Source of the DNA: Yuukianura sp. NJ FZ-2021
Lineage: Eukaryota
Direction of reading: 5' to 3'
NCBI GenBank assembly: GCA_046563655.1
Contig: CM102289.1
Span: 9,672,001-9,736,000, forward strand
Length of the DNA: 64,000 nt
A program made the position numbers and the translations under genes. Positions 62,101 to 64,000 of the stretch are shown here, piece after piece. The stretch's first letter is position 1. The number at the start of each line of letters is the position of its first letter. Under the pieces are notes generated by a model, which saw only the letters and a list, made by a program, of their open reading frames with translations, was not told the origin of the DNA and searched no databases.

Positions 62101-64000
62101 TTTTTATGTGACATTTGCGAAATTTCGGATTTGCCAATTTTAGTGGTAATAGTGTTTATGGCAGAACGTTGTATCACAAGTATTTGTTACAAGTGACAAC
62201 ATGTTTTTGCAAATCCAATTTTTTTTGCTGCTTCTGTCACCGAATGTGCTGCCAGTATTCAGTATTTTCAGTCGTTAGCGGCACAGCGGGACTTTTTGAA
62301 AGCAGAACTCAAAGTCAGTGACTTTTGTGTGCTTTGTTGCGGTTGGATCTTCCTCCCACGGAAACTGCTCAAATAAAATCAAATACTAAGTTAACGTTTA
62401 TTGCTAAACCATCGCAAGAGACTGTGCCAAAGTACAGTTTGCCAAAAAAGTTGACTGTCCGCAGTAGTCGTCATCTCCTGTTTGTCATCCACTTTTATTG
62501 GAATTGCAATGCCCAGATCCTTAACATCCTCAGGTTTTGTAGAGTGAAAGCATTTTGAAAAAGAGCGGCGATGAAGAAAGACGAGGTCATATTCTGCTCA
62601 GTCCAAATCACTTTCTGCACTTTCCCGCTCTTTTTAAATTTCTGCCTCACCTAACTTTCACCTAACCTAAGTAAATGGAACCAATATGCACAAGGTATCC
62701 ATTAGGCTGAAAGCTTCTTTAAAAAAAACAATTCAGAAAAAGGCGGAGAAGCTCGTTTTTGGGCGAAGGTGATTCAATAAACTTCAACTTCATTTTAATA
62801 GTGAAAGGAAAAAAGAGAAAGGCGGTGGAGAGTAACGCAAGATGCGAATTTGGTTTACGAAAAATGGAAGGTAGAAAATAAAATTTGAATAACAAAATCT
62901 CTCAGTCACTGTCTGTATTTATTCGACTGAAAATTATCAGCGTCTTGAAATATCCGTGTGAAAGGAAAATTTTGGTTTTCTAATGGGAGGAACTTTTTCC
63001 ACTTTTCAAAGCAAAAAAAGAGACTAAAACCCTAATTTGAAATTTTAACAAGTCGGTGCCTGATTGCTCATGACATTTTTTTTAAAAAAAGTTTAGTTTG
63101 AATAATTTCCTTAAAATTTCTTTCCGTGACTTTTATTTTCATAAATTGGACGCCCCTGAAATTTTTGACTTTTTTTCATGTTGAACTCCATTCCTTTTTT
63201 TAAAGGTTGATTGCCAAAATTTGTTTGAGTTTTTTCATGTTGAACGCCACTGAGTTTTGTGACTTTTTTTTCATCAGGTTGACACCATTTTCATAAGTTT
63301 TTGACAAATTCTTATTAGGATTTAGGCGATTTAAAAAATGTGTAAATGTAAACCAAAAGTTGGTTTTATCTGTAGTTGAAAATGAGTTATTGTGTTAAAG
63401 TGGTGCAATAATGGTGAGAAACAGTTGAGTTTAATGTGAATTGATATAACAGTTGCTAAACTTATGACTTTCCAAGTCCACACCTTTTAGACACAAATGG
63501 GACAATAAGGATAAGTTATGATTGAGCATTTTTGTGGCATTATTGAATTTAATCCCGGATTTATCCAACCTCAGAAACTGTACACTTTAAATGTCAACCT
63601 CAAAAGACAAACAGGGAGCTACAAACCGAAAAAACAGGAAGGGCGACACGCTCTGCTTCCAGAAATGTTAGGTACAGAAAAACAACGATTTCTAAAAAAA
63701 AGTTGTTCTAAACAGAAAGCAGAAGGAGTTGAAAAGCGGAGAGGAAATGAAATTTTCCGGGTAGAAAAATATGGGACAGGATAAAATAAAAACAGAAGAA
63801 AGAAGGGAATTTTATAGGACTTTTGTAGACTCAAGTCCATCACCATAAACTTCCCGCCTTTTTTCCAAACCCAATCCTACCCGGATTCCAAGTCACCCGC
63901 CAAAAAAAAAACTTTTGAAAATCGGTTCTATAAATCTTTTGATGAACATTATAGTGTACTTGAAGTCCTCTCTTCTCTGACCACCATCAAATGAAACGTA

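Overview
Eukaryotic, intron-containing genomic DNA from an invertebrate, most likely an arthropod: it has a Dpr-family IgSF gene, a ZAD-like zinc-finger gene and TTAGG telomere-type motifs. TPC1 is present, whereas Drosophila lacks TPCs; a crustacean such as a copepod is plausible but is inference only. I assembled 10 spliced protein-coding genes by hand from splice sites and phase. Gene-dense block 1 (1-13.2 kb): TPC1 (5' part), a ZAD-like 5xC2H2 gene, proteasome alpha-3/PSMA4 and Polybromo-1. Gene-dense block 2 (20.6-27.4 kb): NPC2/ML-domain, AN1 zinc finger, FBXO22-like and Tudor-domain genes. The gene-poor part holds a ~22-kb dpr gene (34.1-55.8 kb) and an unrecognised 114-aa Cys-rich, probably GPI-anchored protein (58.7-59.1 kb). 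The gene-poor DNA has a distinct motif vocabulary: GGAGAAAGT about 30+ times, palindromic TTAGG/CCTAA blocks and CCCTTGAAGGG. dpr intron 1 also contains a 691-bp foldback element (8-bp TSD, DR1 sites) and a 7-unit repeat/variable-spacer array. No rRNA, tRNA, true CRISPR or autonomous transposon was seen. All family assignments are from recognition of sequence motifs, not database searches.
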